Below are positions 1 to 10,605 of a stretch of DNA of 64,000 nt, piece by piece; the first letter of the stretch is position 1, and the number at the start of each line of letters is the position of its first letter. The stretch is from Candidatus Iainarchaeum sp. (lineage in GTDB: Archaea; Iainarchaeota; Iainarchaeia; Iainarchaeales; CSSED10-239), in contig JAQVTI010000003.1 of assembly GCA_028700115.1 (NCBI GenBank), positions 2,714-66,713 of the forward strand. Direction: 5' to 3'. The notes beneath the pieces are model-generated. The model did no database searches and had not been told where the DNA came from. It saw only the letters and a program-made list of their open reading frames with translations. The position numbers were made by a program, and so were the translations under genes.

Positions 1-258
1 TTGAATAGTTAAACCATATTCATTAATATTCTTAGTTTGAACAATTGAAACTTCTGAAAGATTAAATTTTTCTAAAAGTAAAGGTTCTATAGTAGAATAA
101 TCTTTAGAATCATCATAATGAACAATAATCTGATTACCACCTTTTAAATCTATCCCTTTTTCTAAACCAGGATAAATAAATGCTAAAACTAAAAATATAA
201 TTCCTAAAAATAAAGGAATTAACATATATCTATTATAATTTGTATTAAATAATTCCAT
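1..258 (-). CDS. Partial membrane protein (N-terminal part only; continues past window start), SecD/SecF-family protein-export subunit-like
   Basis: My own reverse-strand translation from the ATG at 258-256 gives MELFNTNYNRYMLIPLFLGIIFLVLAFIYPGLEKGIDLKGGNQIIVHYDD... There is one N-terminal TM helix followed by a G-I-D-L-x-G-G motif typical of SecD/SecF. The frame is open to position 1. Confidence 0.45.
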   Translation of the reverse strand, partial: MELFNTNYNRYMLIPLFLGIIFLVLAFIYPGLEKGIDLKGGNQIIVHYDDSKDYSTIEPLLLEKFNLSEVSIVQTKNINEYGLTIQ

Positions 259-412
259 AAAAGGTCACATTAATTAATTTTTAAAAAAATACTATTTTAA
301 ATAAAGTTTTTAAAAAATTCAAAAAATTAATTTACTTTATAAATAGTTTATTATATATATAATATAAGAAAGATATATAAATGTAATTTAAAAAATAAAA
401 AAAAGATTAAAT

Positions 413-1276
413 ATGAAATTTCCACAGATAATAAATTCAAAAGAATTTATAGAAATAATAATAAATCAAACAAAAAAAGAAAATGATTCACAAGACTATT
501 TAAAATATATAAATCACATACAAAATAAAATTATTGAAAAACTATCCTCAGTAATAAACAAACTCCCAGATTATACAAAAATGAATGAATATTATTTAAC
601 AATGTCTAAAAACATATGCCCAATAACAACTATGGATAAACATAGAAATCATTACCTAACTACTATTGTATTAATAAATAAAATGTCAGAAAAATATAAA
701 AGATCAATAAAAAGAGAAAGAGATAAAAGAAAAAGAAATTTTTTAAAAAAAGAATATCTTGGAAGAATAGCATCTATTATTAAAAAATTAGATTCAACAA
801 ATAAAATTTTAAAAACATATACAAAAGATTTTGGAAGAATTGCAGATCCTAAAAAATATTTTTCAATAGTAATAGTAGGACTTCCAAATTCAGGAAAAAC
901 AACACTATTAACAAAAATTACAGATGCTAATCCAGAAATAAATACATATGAATTTACAACAAAATCATTAAATTTAGGATACTTTAAAATTAGAGAAGAA
1001 ATAATTCAAGTTGTAGATACCCCTGGACTAATACATTTAGAATTTAAAGAAATGAATTTCATTGAAAAAAATGCAATTGTAGCAATAAAAACACTTGCAG
1101 ACATAGTTTTATTTTTATATAATAAAAATATAGATTTAAAAAAACAAGAAGAAATGTATGAATATCTTAAAAAAGAAAACCCTGATAAGATATTTTATGT
1201 TCATTCTAGTTTTGGTGGAAATTTTACAAAAGGAAAAGAAATTAATATAAAAGATATACTTCTTAAAAAATTTTAA
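413..1276 (+). CDS. NOG1/Obg-type GTP-binding protein
   Basis: P-loop GLPNSGKTT, the YEFTT switch region and DTPGL (G3) follow a helical N-domain, as in archaeal Nog1-like GTPases. Confidence 0.75.
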   Translation: MKFPQIINSKEFIEIIINQTKKENDSQDYLKYINHIQNKIIEKLSSVINKLPDYTKMNEYYLTMSKNICPITTMDKHRNHYLTTIVLINKMSEKYKRSIKRERDKRKRNFLKKEYLGRIASIIKKLDSTNKILKTYTKDFGRIADPKKYFSIVIVGLPNSGKTTLLTKITDANPEINTYEFTTKSLNLGYFKIREEIIQVVDTPGLIHLEFKEMNFIEKNAIVAIKTLADIVLFLYNKNIDLKKQEEMYEYLKKENPDKIFYVHSSFGGNFTKGKEINIKDILLKKF

Positions 1277-1374
1277 AAAATAATACAATTAGAAAAAAAT
1301 AAAATATTATATAAATATTTTTATAGAATAAATATATATTATAAAAACTAATTTTAAAAATAAAGCATCATAAG

Positions 1375-1665
1375 GTGATTAACATGATAAAAAAAACAAA
1401 AAAACAAGAAATTTGTGAAAAAATGGCAAAAGAAATAATAGATGAAGCAGATTTCTTGTTAGAAGATCACACAATTCCAAAAAATGTACAATATGTAATT
1501 AAAAATATGCAAGAAAGAATTAAAAAAAATTTATGCTCATTAGAAGTATCAAGTACATTATATAATCTAGAAGAAACAATTAGTAACATGACAGTTTCTG
1601 ATTGTAGATCATCTGTTTGGAACTTAATAAATAAACTAGAAAGTTTAAAGGAAAAAATGAAATGA
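1375..1665 (+). CDS. Small helical protein, UPF0147-like
   Basis: 96 aa. The motif DHTIPKNVQYVIKNM resembles the DxxVPRNIR signature of the archaeal UPF0147 family. A GGTGAT SD lies just upstream. The start could be GTG 1375 or ATG 1384. The stop overlaps the dp1 start (ATGA). Confidence 0.45.
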   Translation: MINMIKKTKKQEICEKMAKEIIDEADFLLEDHTIPKNVQYVIKNMQERIKKNLCSLEVSSTLYNLEETISNMTVSDCRSSVWNLINKLESLKEKMK

Positions 1666-3107
1666 ATCAAGAAATTATTAAATATGCAAGAGAGAATAAT
1701 TTAATAATTACAGAAAAAGCATTAAGACTTTTAAATAATTATAATTATAAAAAAATAATTGAAAAATTAAAAGGAAAAGAAATATTATTTGTAAAAGAAA
1801 ATGATATTTTAAAAATACAAAACGAAAAAAATCAAAAAGAAGAAAACTTTGAAGAAAATTTTGAAAATAATTTTATAATATTAGATAAATACGACATTAC
1901 AAATAAAAATTATTCACAAGGAAGTGTAGAAGATTTTCACAAACTATTTATAGATAAATATAACACAATTTCACAAATTCTAAAAAACAGACTAAATTGT
2001 GAATACACAACAATAGAAAATGCAAAAAATTTAATTAAAAATCAAAAAGTAGATATAATTGGAATGGTTTATGAAAAAAGAATGAGTAAAAATGAAAATT
2101 TAATACTAGATGTAGATGATCCTACTGGAAGAATAAAATTAGTAATACTTAATAAAGATGAAGAAAAATTTGAAAAATATAAACAAACATTAACAGATAA
2201 TGTTTTAGGATTTAAATGTAATGTACTTTCAAAAGACATGCTTATTGTAAATGAAATAATATACCCAGATATACCTTTAGAAAAAAATAAATCAACTACA
2301 ACAATAGATAAATATATTGCTATTATTGGAGATACCCATGTTGGAAGTAAACTGTTTTTAGAAAAAGAATTCGCAAAATTTATAGATTGGATAAATGGAG
2401 AAAATGGACAAAAAGAAATTATTGAAAAAATAAAATATTTAATAATTGCAGGAGATTTAGTAGATGGAGTTGGAATTTATCCAGATCAATATGATGAACT
2501 TGCAATTACGGATGTATTTAAACAATATGAACTTTTTGAAGATTATATTCTTAAAATTAGAGAAAACATCGAAATTTTTATAATATCAGGAAACCATGAT
2601 GCAGTAAGATTATCAGACCCTCAACCAGCAATTGATAAAAAATATCTACCAAGACTTTATACTAAAAAAAACATACACATAATGGGATCCCCATCATGGG
2701 TAATTTTTGATGGATTAAAAACACTTATGTATCATGGAGCTTCACTTCATGGAATTTATGCAGAAATAAAGGGTATGCAAATGGATAAACCTGATCTTGC
2801 AATGAAAGAAGTACTTATTAGAAGAGATTTAATGCCACAATACGGACATAGACAAACATTTGTACCAATAGAAAAAAACTTAATGACTATTAATGAAATA
2901 CCAGATATATTTATCACAGCAGACGTACATCATCATGCATATTCTAAATATAAAAATACACATTTAATATGTTCTTCTTGTTGGCAAAGTACAACTAAAT
3001 ATCAAATAGAAAAAGGACATGTGCCTACAATTGCAAAAGTATTATTATTTAATTTAAAAGACGAAACTCTTTTAATAAAAGATTTTGAAGAAGATAAAAA
3101 TGAATAA
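1662..3107 (+). CDS. dp1: DNA polymerase II (PolD) small subunit DP1
   Basis: Calcineurin-like phosphoesterase motifs GDTHVGS, AGDLVDGVG, GNHD and ADVHHH are present. The gene sits directly upstream of, and overlaps, the DP2 gene. Confidence 0.9.
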   Translation: MNQEIIKYARENNLIITEKALRLLNNYNYKKIIEKLKGKEILFVKENDILKIQNEKNQKEENFEENFENNFIILDKYDITNKNYSQGSVEDFHKLFIDKYNTISQILKNRLNCEYTTIENAKNLIKNQKVDIIGMVYEKRMSKNENLILDVDDPTGRIKLVILNKDEEKFEKYKQTLTDNVLGFKCNVLSKDMLIVNEIIYPDIPLEKNKSTTTIDKYIAIIGDTHVGSKLFLEKEFAKFIDWINGENGQKEIIEKIKYLIIAGDLVDGVGIYPDQYDELAITDVFKQYELFEDYILKIRENIEIFIISGNHDAVRLSDPQPAIDKKYLPRLYTKKNIHIMGSPSWVIFDGLKTLMYHGASLHGIYAEIKGMQMDKPDLAMKEVLIRRDLMPQYGHRQTFVPIEKNLMTINEIPDIFITADVHHHAYSKYKNTHLICSSCWQSTTKYQIEKGHVPTIAKVLLFNLKDETLLIKDFEEDKNE

Positions 3108-6100
3108 CCCAGAAAAATTAAAAGCAACAAAAGAAATTAAAGAATATTATATTAAATTAACAAAAGATATAGATATAGCTGTAGAAATTGCAAAAAACGC
3201 AAGAAGTCAAGGAAAAGATGTATCAACAAATATAGAAACAATCCCTGCAGCAGGAATTGCAGAAAAAACAGAATTATTAGTTGGGCCATCTGGAGTTGCA
3301 GAAAAATACAACCAACTTTGGGAAAAACATCATGATAGATTAAAAGTTACAATAGAAATATTTAATTTAATACTAGACCAAAAACTTGGAAATATAGAAG
3401 ACCCAGAAAAAAGATTAGAACAAGCAATTAGAACAGCACTAGTTATTCAAACAGATGGAGTAGTAGTATCTCCATTAGATGGACTTCCTGAAATAAAAAT
3501 TTCAAAAAATCCAGATGGATCTAAATATCCAGATATATATTTTGCAGGACCAATAAGAGCAGCAGGAGGAAATGCACAAACATTTCCATTATTACTTGCA
3601 GATCTTGCTAGAAAAAAATTACATCTTGATAGATATAAACCTTCACAAAAAGAAATAAATAGAATTATTGAAGAAACAATGATTTATCAAAAAGATGTAG
3701 TAGTAAGACAACAAAGAGTTACAGAAAATGAAATAAAAATAATTGCAGAAAATTGTCCTATTTGTATAAATAGTGGACCAGATAGTGATGTAGAAGTAAT
3801 GGTTAATAGAGATATGGAAAGAATACCAACAAATAGAATTAGAGGAGCAATGTGCTTAGTTTTAATAGACGGTCTTTATGTAAGAGCAATGAAAATTATG
3901 AAAACTAGTAAAAAACTAGAACTAGATTGGCAATGGTTAGAAAAATTAATAAAAGTAAAAAAAACAGAAAAAGGATTTGAATTAAAACCAAGTTCAAAAT
4001 ATATAGAAGGACTTGCAGCAGGAAGGCCAGTATTTTCATACCCCCTTAAAAATGGAGGTTTTAGATTAAGATATGGAAAAGCAAGAAACAATGGATTAAT
4101 GGCAAAAGCAATAAACCCTTCAACAATGTATGTTTTAGAAGAATTTATAGCAGTAGGAACACATGGAAGAATAGAAAGACCAGGAAAATCATTACAATAT
4201 TTTCCATGCGATCAAATAGATGGACCTATTGTAAGATTAAAAAATAAAAATGTTTTAAAAATAAATACAACTGAAAAAGCAAAAGAAATTGTAAATCAAA
4301 TTGAAAAAATATTATTTTTAGGAGATATATTAATTCCAGTTGGGGACTTTAAAAAAAGTGGGCATCCACTTGTAAAAAATGGATATGTAAAAGAAGAATT
4401 TATTTCTGAAATTAAATATCTTATAAAAAAAGGAGAACTTGAAAAAAATATTTTAAAAGAAATACTTGAATTTATAGAAAACAAAACCCCTTATGATGCA
4501 ATTGAACTTAGCTTAAAATATAAAATTCCATTATACCCAGAATATTTAAATTATTATAATTTAATAGAATTAGAAGAACTAAAAATATTAATTTCAAAAA
4601 TAAGAGATTCTGAGAAAATATATAATGAAAATAAAATAATAGGAATTAAAATAAAAAATAATAATGTAATAAAAGAAATTTTAGAAAAATGTGGGATAGA
4701 ACATACATTTTTAGAAAAAGAAAATAATTTAGAAATAAAAAAAGAAAATGCATATACATTATTAAAAACACTTGGAAGTTTAAATGCAAAAAATCCAATA
4801 GAAGAATTTATAGATATAATAGAAAATAAAGAAAAAACAAACTGTGAAAAATTAAGCATAATATCAGGAATAAAAATAAAAGATAAAGCAGGAACATTTA
4901 TTGGTGCAAGAATGGGAAGACCAGAAGCATCACATGAAAGAATACTTCCAGGAAAACCAAATGTTTTATTTCCTTTAGGACACGGTTTTGGGAATAATAG
5001 AGATATGATAAAAGCTATTGGAAAAAAAGCAGATGGAGCAAAACCAGGTGATTATGGAATTAGTGATGTTGAAATTAAAACATATTTATGCCCAAAATGT
5101 AAAAAAATAATATTTGGAAATTATTGTTTTGATTGTAAAATACAAACAAAAGAAATTAGATATTGTAATAATTGTAAAAAACAAATGTTTGAAAAAATTT
5201 GCCCAGTTTGTAAACAAGAAACAATATATCAATATAAACATAAAATAAACTTAGACTATCTTATACAAAAAGCAAGCCAAAATGTAAATGTTGGAATACC
5301 TGAAAAAATAAAAGGAGTAAAAGGACTTGTTAGTGGAAATAAATTTTGTGAACCTTTAGAAAAAGGTATACTTAGAGCAAAATATGATCTATATGTGTTT
5401 AGAGATGGAACAATTAGATATGAAGCATTAAATGCAACAATTACACAATTTACAGCAAAAGAACTTAATCTAAGTATAGAAAAACTAAAAGAATTAGGAT
5501 ATAAAAAAGATTATCTTGGAAATGAATTAAAAGATGAAAACCAAAGAATATCTTTATTTCCACAAGACATAATAATTAATGATAAAGCAGGAGAATATTT
5601 TTTAAAAATAACACATTTTATAGATGATCTTTTAGAAAAATTTTATGGATTAAAACAATTTTATAATAAAAAAACAAAAGAAGAATTAATTGGAGAACTT
5701 ATAATTGCATTAGCCCCACACACATCTGCAGGAATAGTTGGAAGAATTATAGGATATTCAAAATCTAGACTTGCATGGGGGCATCCTTATTTTATTACAG
5801 CAAAAAGAAGAAATGTAGATGGAGATCAAGATTCCATGCTTTTATTAATGGATGGATTATTAAATTTTTCAGAAAAATATCTTAGTGGGGGTAGAGGTGG
5901 AAGAATGGATGCACCTTTAGCATTTACAACAATTGTAAATCCATATGAAATAGATGATGAATGCTATGAAATGGAAACAGTTACAGAATATCCATATGAA
6001 TTTTATATAAATGCAAAAAATTATGGAGATGCAAATGATAAAAATTTAACTTATGTAGATCAAATTCTTGGAACTGATGATCAATATTCTTGTATTAAAT

Positions 6101-6564
6101 TTACACATGATACAAATGTATTTGATAAAGGACCAAAAACATCTGCATATTTAACTATAAAATCAATGAAAGATAAAGTAGAAAGACAAGCAGAACTTCA
6201 AAAAAAAATAATGGCTGTTGATAATAAAGATGCACTTGAAAGATTATTACATTATCATTTATTCCCAGATATAATTGGAAATACAAGAGCATTTGCAAGA
6301 CAAAAACTAAGATGTGTAAAATGTAATACAAAATATAGAAGAATACCTTTATCAGGAAAATGTAATGTTTGTGGTGGTAAATTAATTATGACAATACATG
6401 AAGGATCTATTAAAAAATATCTTCAAATTGCAAAGGATTTAATTAAAAATTATGGTCTAAAACCATATCTTTATCAAAAATTAGAAATTGCAGAAGAAGA
6501 TATAAATTCTTTATTTAAAGATAAAGATACAGAAAATCAAAAAGCTTTATCTGACTTCTTTTAA
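3085..6564 (+). CDS. dp2: DNA polymerase II (PolD) large subunit DP2
   Basis: 1159 aa with the catalytic-type motif RRNVDGDQDS. Several CxxC zinc modules are present (CPKCKK..CFDCK, CNNCKK..CPVCK, CVKCNT..CNVCGG). An alternative start is ATG 3100. No intein-sized insertion is evident. Confidence 0.93.
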   Translation: MKKIKMNNPEKLKATKEIKEYYIKLTKDIDIAVEIAKNARSQGKDVSTNIETIPAAGIAEKTELLVGPSGVAEKYNQLWEKHHDRLKVTIEIFNLILDQKLGNIEDPEKRLEQAIRTALVIQTDGVVVSPLDGLPEIKISKNPDGSKYPDIYFAGPIRAAGGNAQTFPLLLADLARKKLHLDRYKPSQKEINRIIEETMIYQKDVVVRQQRVTENEIKIIAENCPICINSGPDSDVEVMVNRDMERIPTNRIRGAMCLVLIDGLYVRAMKIMKTSKKLELDWQWLEKLIKVKKTEKGFELKPSSKYIEGLAAGRPVFSYPLKNGGFRLRYGKARNNGLMAKAINPSTMYVLEEFIAVGTHGRIERPGKSLQYFPCDQIDGPIVRLKNKNVLKINTTEKAKEIVNQIEKILFLGDILIPVGDFKKSGHPLVKNGYVKEEFISEIKYLIKKGELEKNILKEILEFIENKTPYDAIELSLKYKIPLYPEYLNYYNLIELEELKILISKIRDSEKIYNENKIIGIKIKNNNVIKEILEKCGIEHTFLEKENNLEIKKENAYTLLKTLGSLNAKNPIEEFIDIIENKEKTNCEKLSIISGIKIKDKAGTFIGARMGRPEASHERILPGKPNVLFPLGHGFGNNRDMIKAIGKKADGAKPGDYGISDVEIKTYLCPKCKKIIFGNYCFDCKIQTKEIRYCNNCKKQMFEKICPVCKQETIYQYKHKINLDYLIQKASQNVNVGIPEKIKGVKGLVSGNKFCEPLEKGILRAKYDLYVFRDGTIRYEALNATITQFTAKELNLSIEKLKELGYKKDYLGNELKDENQRISLFPQDIIINDKAGEYFLKITHFIDDLLEKFYGLKQFYNKKTKEELIGELIIALAPHTSAGIVGRIIGYSKSRLAWGHPYFITAKRRNVDGDQDSMLLLMDGLLNFSEKYLSGGRGGRMDAPLAFTTIVNPYEIDDECYEMETVTEYPYEFYINAKNYGDANDKNLTYVDQILGTDDQYSCIKFTHDTNVFDKGPKTSAYLTIKSMKDKVERQAELQKKIMAVDNKDALERLLHYHLFPDIIGNTRAFARQKLRCVKCNTKYRRIPLSGKCNVCGGKLIMTIHEGSIKKYLQIAKDLIKNYGLKPYLYQKLEIAEEDINSLFKDKDTENQKALSDFF

Positions 6565-6591
6565 AATAAAATAAAGAAAAAATGGAAAAAA

Positions 6592-6900
6592 TTAAGCTTT
6601 AAGCTCAATTCCCATTTGAACATCTGAAGGAACATCTACTCTAACTATTTTTCTTAGAATTTTATCATCAGCTTTAACATCAATTATTCTTTTATGAATT
6701 CTTAATTGAAACTTTTGATATGTTTCTGTTCCCCCACCAGAAGGACCTCTTCTAGTAGGTACAACTAACTTTTTTGTTTTTAGAGGAATAATTCCAGAAT
6801 GTTTTACACCAGCTTTTTTAGCAACATCTAAAACTTGCTCACAAAAGTTTGTTAGTTTTTCGTAATCTGTACTTGTTACAACAATTCTTGCAGTTTGCAT
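6592..6900 (-). CDS. rps10: 30S ribosomal protein S10 (uS10)
   Basis: MQTARIVVTSTDYEKL...PTRRGPSGGGTETYQKFQLRIHKRIIDV is a classical S10 sequence. I moved the start to ATG 6900, which is preceded by an AGGGG SD. The ORF track starts at 6909. Confidence 0.92.
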   Translation of the reverse strand: MQTARIVVTSTDYEKLTNFCEQVLDVAKKAGVKHSGIIPLKTKKLVVPTRRGPSGGGTETYQKFQLRIHKRIIDVKADDKILRKIVRVDVPSDVQMGIELKA

Positions 6901-6940
6901 AATTAACATCCCCTATTTAAAAATATTAAATACAAAGCAA

Positions 6941-8215
6941 TTAATATTGCTTTGCTTTAACATCAATTACTACTCCTGCTGCAACTGTTTTACCCATATC
7001 TCTAATAGCAAGTCTACCCAATTGTGGGAAATCAGAATATTTTTCAACACATAATGGTTGAGTTGGTTTTATTTTAACAATTGCAGAATCTCCAGCTTTT
7101 ATAAACTTTGGATTTTCTTCCTTTGTACCACCATTCTTTGTATCTAATGTTCTTACAATTTCTGTAATTGTACAAGATATTTGAGCTGTGTGCATATGGA
7201 AAACTGGAGTGTATCCTGGTGTTATTGCAGATGGATGGAAAAGCACAATTATTTGAGCTGTAAATTCATCAGCAACTGTAGGAGTTTTACCAACATGACC
7301 TATAATAGATCCTCTTTTAATATCTCTTGGACCAATTTTTCTTAAATTAAAACCAATATTATCACCTGGTCTTGCTGCATCTAATTGTTCATGATGCATT
7401 TCAATAGATTTAACTTCTGTTTGAACATTTTCAGGCATGATTACAATTTTATCATTTGGTTTCATAATACCAGTAGAAACTTTTCCAACAGGAACAGTAC
7501 CAACACCTTTAATATTATAAACATCTTGAACAGGAAGTCTTAAATCTTTATTTTCTGCAGAAGCTGGAGCTGTAAATTTATCCATTGCATCTAATAAAGT
7601 TGGTCCATTATACCATGGTAACTTATCAGATTTTTTAGCAACATTATCACCCATCCATGCAGAAACAGGAATAATTTGTATTAAATCTTCTTTATAACCA
7701 GAACCTTTTAATAATTTTAAAACATCTAATTTAACTTCATCAAATCTTTTTTGATCATAACTTACTTCATCCATTTTATTAATAGCAACAATTACTTGAT
7801 TTATTCCTAAAACCTTTGCTAAGAATGAATGTTCTTTTGTTTGAGGCATAATACCTTCTTTTGCACCTACAAGTAAAACAGCAGCATCTGCTTGAGAAGT
7901 TCCAGTAATCATATTTTTAATATAATCAGCGTGACCAGGGGCATCAATTACAGTAAAAAATTTAGTTTTTGTTTCAAACTTTTTATAATTTACATCAATA
8001 GTTACTCCTCTTTCTCTTTCTTCTTTTAAAGTATCCATCATGTATGCAAAAGCAAATGTACCTTTACCTTTTTCTTGAGCAAGAGCTTCTAACTTTCTAT
8101 ATTCTTGCTCTGAAAGTGCATCTGAATCATACATTAATCTACCAACAAGAGTAGATTTACCTTGATCAATGTGCCCTATGAATATTACGTTAATATGTGG
8201 CTTATCTGATGCCAT
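6941..8215 (-). CDS. tuf: Translation elongation factor EF-1 alpha
   Basis: GTPase motifs GHIDQGKST, DAPGH and NKMD are present. It is adjacent to rps10, as in many archaea. The start is placed at ATG 8215 (MASDKPHINV), which follows a GGAGGA SD. The ORF track starts at 8230. Confidence 0.95.
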   Translation of the reverse strand: MASDKPHINVIFIGHIDQGKSTLVGRLMYDSDALSEQEYRKLEALAQEKGKGTFAFAYMMDTLKEERERGVTIDVNYKKFETKTKFFTVIDAPGHADYIKNMITGTSQADAAVLLVGAKEGIMPQTKEHSFLAKVLGINQVIVAINKMDEVSYDQKRFDEVKLDVLKLLKGSGYKEDLIQIIPVSAWMGDNVAKKSDKLPWYNGPTLLDAMDKFTAPASAENKDLRLPVQDVYNIKGVGTVPVGKVSTGIMKPNDKIVIMPENVQTEVKSIEMHHEQLDAARPGDNIGFNLRKIGPRDIKRGSIIGHVGKTPTVADEFTAQIIVLFHPSAITPGYTPVFHMHTAQISCTITEIVRTLDTKNGGTKEENPKFIKAGDSAIVKIKPTQPLCVEKYSDFPQLGRLAIRDMGKTVAAGVVIDVKAKQY

Positions 8216-8454
8216 ATTTAATTCCTCCATTTTTTAAAAATTTTATAGAAAAATAAAGTACTTGCACTAACTAAATAAAATATTAATTTTGCAAGATATT
8301 ATATATATAATAAAGAAACCAAACTATTTATAAATAGAATCCTATATAAACACAAAATAAAAAATAAAAATAAAATACTAAAAAAATAAAGAATAAAAAG
8401 GTATTTAAATAAAAACATAATATATATTATTATAAAAATTAAAAAAAGATATAT

Positions 8455-9519
8455 ATGATTGTAGAAACTATTCAAATATTTGTAATACTTGGAGTAATTA
8501 TCATTTTTGGAAGTATAATTACATATATAAATATAAATAAAAAAACAAAAAAAGAAATAAATCAAGAACAATCAACTTGGAAAAAAATAGACTTATTAAA
8601 TAATAAAAAAAAAGAATTAGAAAAACAAAAAAAAGAAATATCTTATAAATTTTCTGCAAAAGCAATAGATTCAGAAGCATATTCAAAAGCAATAAAATAT
8701 GTTACAGAAGAACTTGAAAAAATTGTAGAAAAAATAGATCAAGAAGTATCAAAATTAACCAAAATACAAAATAAAAATTTATCAGAAGAAGATGAACTTA
8801 GATTTAATAATATAAAAATAAAAGGAAATTTAAGCGAACTTGAAAATGAAAATAAAATATATAAAGAAAAAATTAATGAACTAGAAGGCTTTATTAAAAA
8901 AATATCTGAATCAGAAAATATAAATATTGATGAATCACAGAAAGCTAGAGAAAAATACATGATAAATGTTATAAATAAATATAAAGAAATAATTAATGAA
9001 AAAGAAAGAAAAACTATATCAGAAATGAAAAATAGAATAAACCCAACAGATATTAGTATTAAAAGTATTATAAATAAATTTAGCCCCATAGGGTATAATT
9101 ATGAAAAAGAATATCTAAAAACACTAAAAAAAATATATAATTATTTAAACTCAGAAATAGAAATTGTTGATAATAACTTAGGAATATTGTTTTGGATAGA
9201 TTTTTCAAAAATACTTACAGAAAAAATATGTGACCAACAAAATGCATCCGTATTACTTTGTTCAATAATGGATGGATTAAAAGATGATTTTGCAACAATT
9301 GAAGTCGTATTATTAGATAATGAAAAAATACACACATTTGTAAAAACTAAATATAAAAATATGAATTATATATTTGACTTAACTCAAAAAGTACCATTTG
9401 ATACATATAAAAATGAAGATGATAAAAAACTATTAGAAGAATATAAATTTAAAAAATATAAAATAATAAGAAGAATCTATTCATATAATAAATATAATTA
9501 CACAGATATACAAAATTAA
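8455..9519 (+). CDS. Membrane-anchored coiled-coil protein with a C-terminal transglutaminase-like (Cys-His-Asp) domain
   Basis: There is an N-terminal TM helix and a K/E-rich coiled coil. The C-terminal part has ICDQQNASVLLCS...IHTFV...IFDLT, which matches the C/H/D order and spacing of transglutaminase-like cysteine peptidase cores. Confidence 0.4.
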   Translation: MIVETIQIFVILGVIIIFGSIITYININKKTKKEINQEQSTWKKIDLLNNKKKELEKQKKEISYKFSAKAIDSEAYSKAIKYVTEELEKIVEKIDQEVSKLTKIQNKNLSEEDELRFNNIKIKGNLSELENENKIYKEKINELEGFIKKISESENINIDESQKAREKYMINVINKYKEIINEKERKTISEMKNRINPTDISIKSIINKFSPIGYNYEKEYLKTLKKIYNYLNSEIEIVDNNLGILFWIDFSKILTEKICDQQNASVLLCSIMDGLKDDFATIEVVLLDNEKIHTFVKTKYKNMNYIFDLTQKVPFDTYKNEDDKKLLEEYKFKKYKIIRRIYSYNKYNYTDIQN

Positions 9520-9531
9520 AAAGGCTAATTT

Positions 9532-10569
9532 ATGGAATACGATTTAGAAGTTACAAGCACTGTTTTTAATTATATTATAAAAAATTTAAATTTAGAAATA
9601 AATTTAGGATATATAAATAATATACAAACTATTGCAGAAGATTTTTGGAGAATAAAAATACATAAAAAAACAACAAAAACATTATATATTAATCCAAAAG
9701 TTTGTTTTTTATCAGACTACAATGTAGAAATAATAGAAAATAAAGGGTTTGCAAAATATCTTAAAAAAAAATTAAATAATCAAAGAATCAAACAAATATA
9801 TCAAGATAAAAATAACAGAGTCGTTTGTTTTGAACTAGATCATTATAATTTAATATTTGAATTCTTTTCAAAATCTAATATAATTTTAACAGATAAAGAC
9901 TTTAAAATAATTACATCAAAACAAAAAGAAGAATGGAAAGATAGAACAATTAAAAAATTTGAAACATATAAATTCCCCGAAGGACAAAAAATAGATGAAA
10001 TTACAACTGAAGATATCTTAGATGATAAAAAACAAACTATAAAATATTTAAATAAAAAATACCAAATTGCCCCACATTATTTAGAAGAAATAATTAAAGA
10101 AAAGATAAATAAAAAAGAAATAATTAAAAAAATTAAAGAATTATATGAAATAGAAAATTCAAATATAGAAATTATTGAAAAAAATAATAAAAAAATTGCA
10201 ATAATTACTAAAGGAGAAAAAAAATTATATGAAAATATAGAAGAATATTTTTTAGAAAAAATTAAAAAAAATAAAACAATATCAAAAAATACAAAAATTG
10301 AAAAACTTGAAAAAATAATAAAAGAACAAGAAAAAAGTAAAATAAATTTTTTAGAAAAAATAAAAATATTGGAAAAAGAAGGCGAAATAATATATTCAAA
10401 TTACATATATATAGAAGAAATAAATAAAATTATAGAAAAAGCATTAAAACTAAAAATTACTGAAAAAGAAATTATAAAAAAAATAAATACTTATTTTAAA
10501 GAAAAAAATAAAAATATAAAAATTATGAAAATAGATCAAAAAAAGAAAACATATATTATAAATATATAA
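9532..10569 (+). CDS. NFACT-N domain protein (short Rqc2/FbpA-like)
   Basis: The N-terminus (INNIQTIAEDFWRIKIH...GFAKYLKKKLNNQRIKQIYQDKNNRVVCFEL...SNIILTD) follows the NFACT-N pattern and is followed by a K/E coiled coil. At 345 aa it has no NFACT-R-like C-terminal part. Confidence 0.5.
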   Translation: MEYDLEVTSTVFNYIIKNLNLEINLGYINNIQTIAEDFWRIKIHKKTTKTLYINPKVCFLSDYNVEIIENKGFAKYLKKKLNNQRIKQIYQDKNNRVVCFELDHYNLIFEFFSKSNIILTDKDFKIITSKQKEEWKDRTIKKFETYKFPEGQKIDEITTEDILDDKKQTIKYLNKKYQIAPHYLEEIIKEKINKKEIIKKIKELYEIENSNIEIIEKNNKKIAIITKGEKKLYENIEEYFLEKIKKNKTISKNTKIEKLEKIIKEQEKSKINFLEKIKILEKEGEIIYSNYIYIEEINKIIEKALKLKITEKEIIKKINTYFKEKNKNIKIMKIDQKKKTYIINI

Positions 10570-10605
10570 AATAAAATTAGATTGATTAGAAAATAAGGAA
10601 AATAA

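Noticed and set aside
3085-6564. Checked the large replication and nucleotide-metabolism genes (DP2, NrdJ 32626-35238, RFC 45632-46612, Cdc48) for inteins.
   Set aside because: The protein lengths are in the normal range. The conserved motifs are contiguous, with no inserted Cys/Ser...HN block.
8299-8571. 90-aa minus-strand ORF in the tuf / 8455 intergenic region.
   Set aside because: It spans an A/T-only promoter region and overlaps the start of the + strand gene. Its extreme F/I/Y/L composition shows no features of a real protein.
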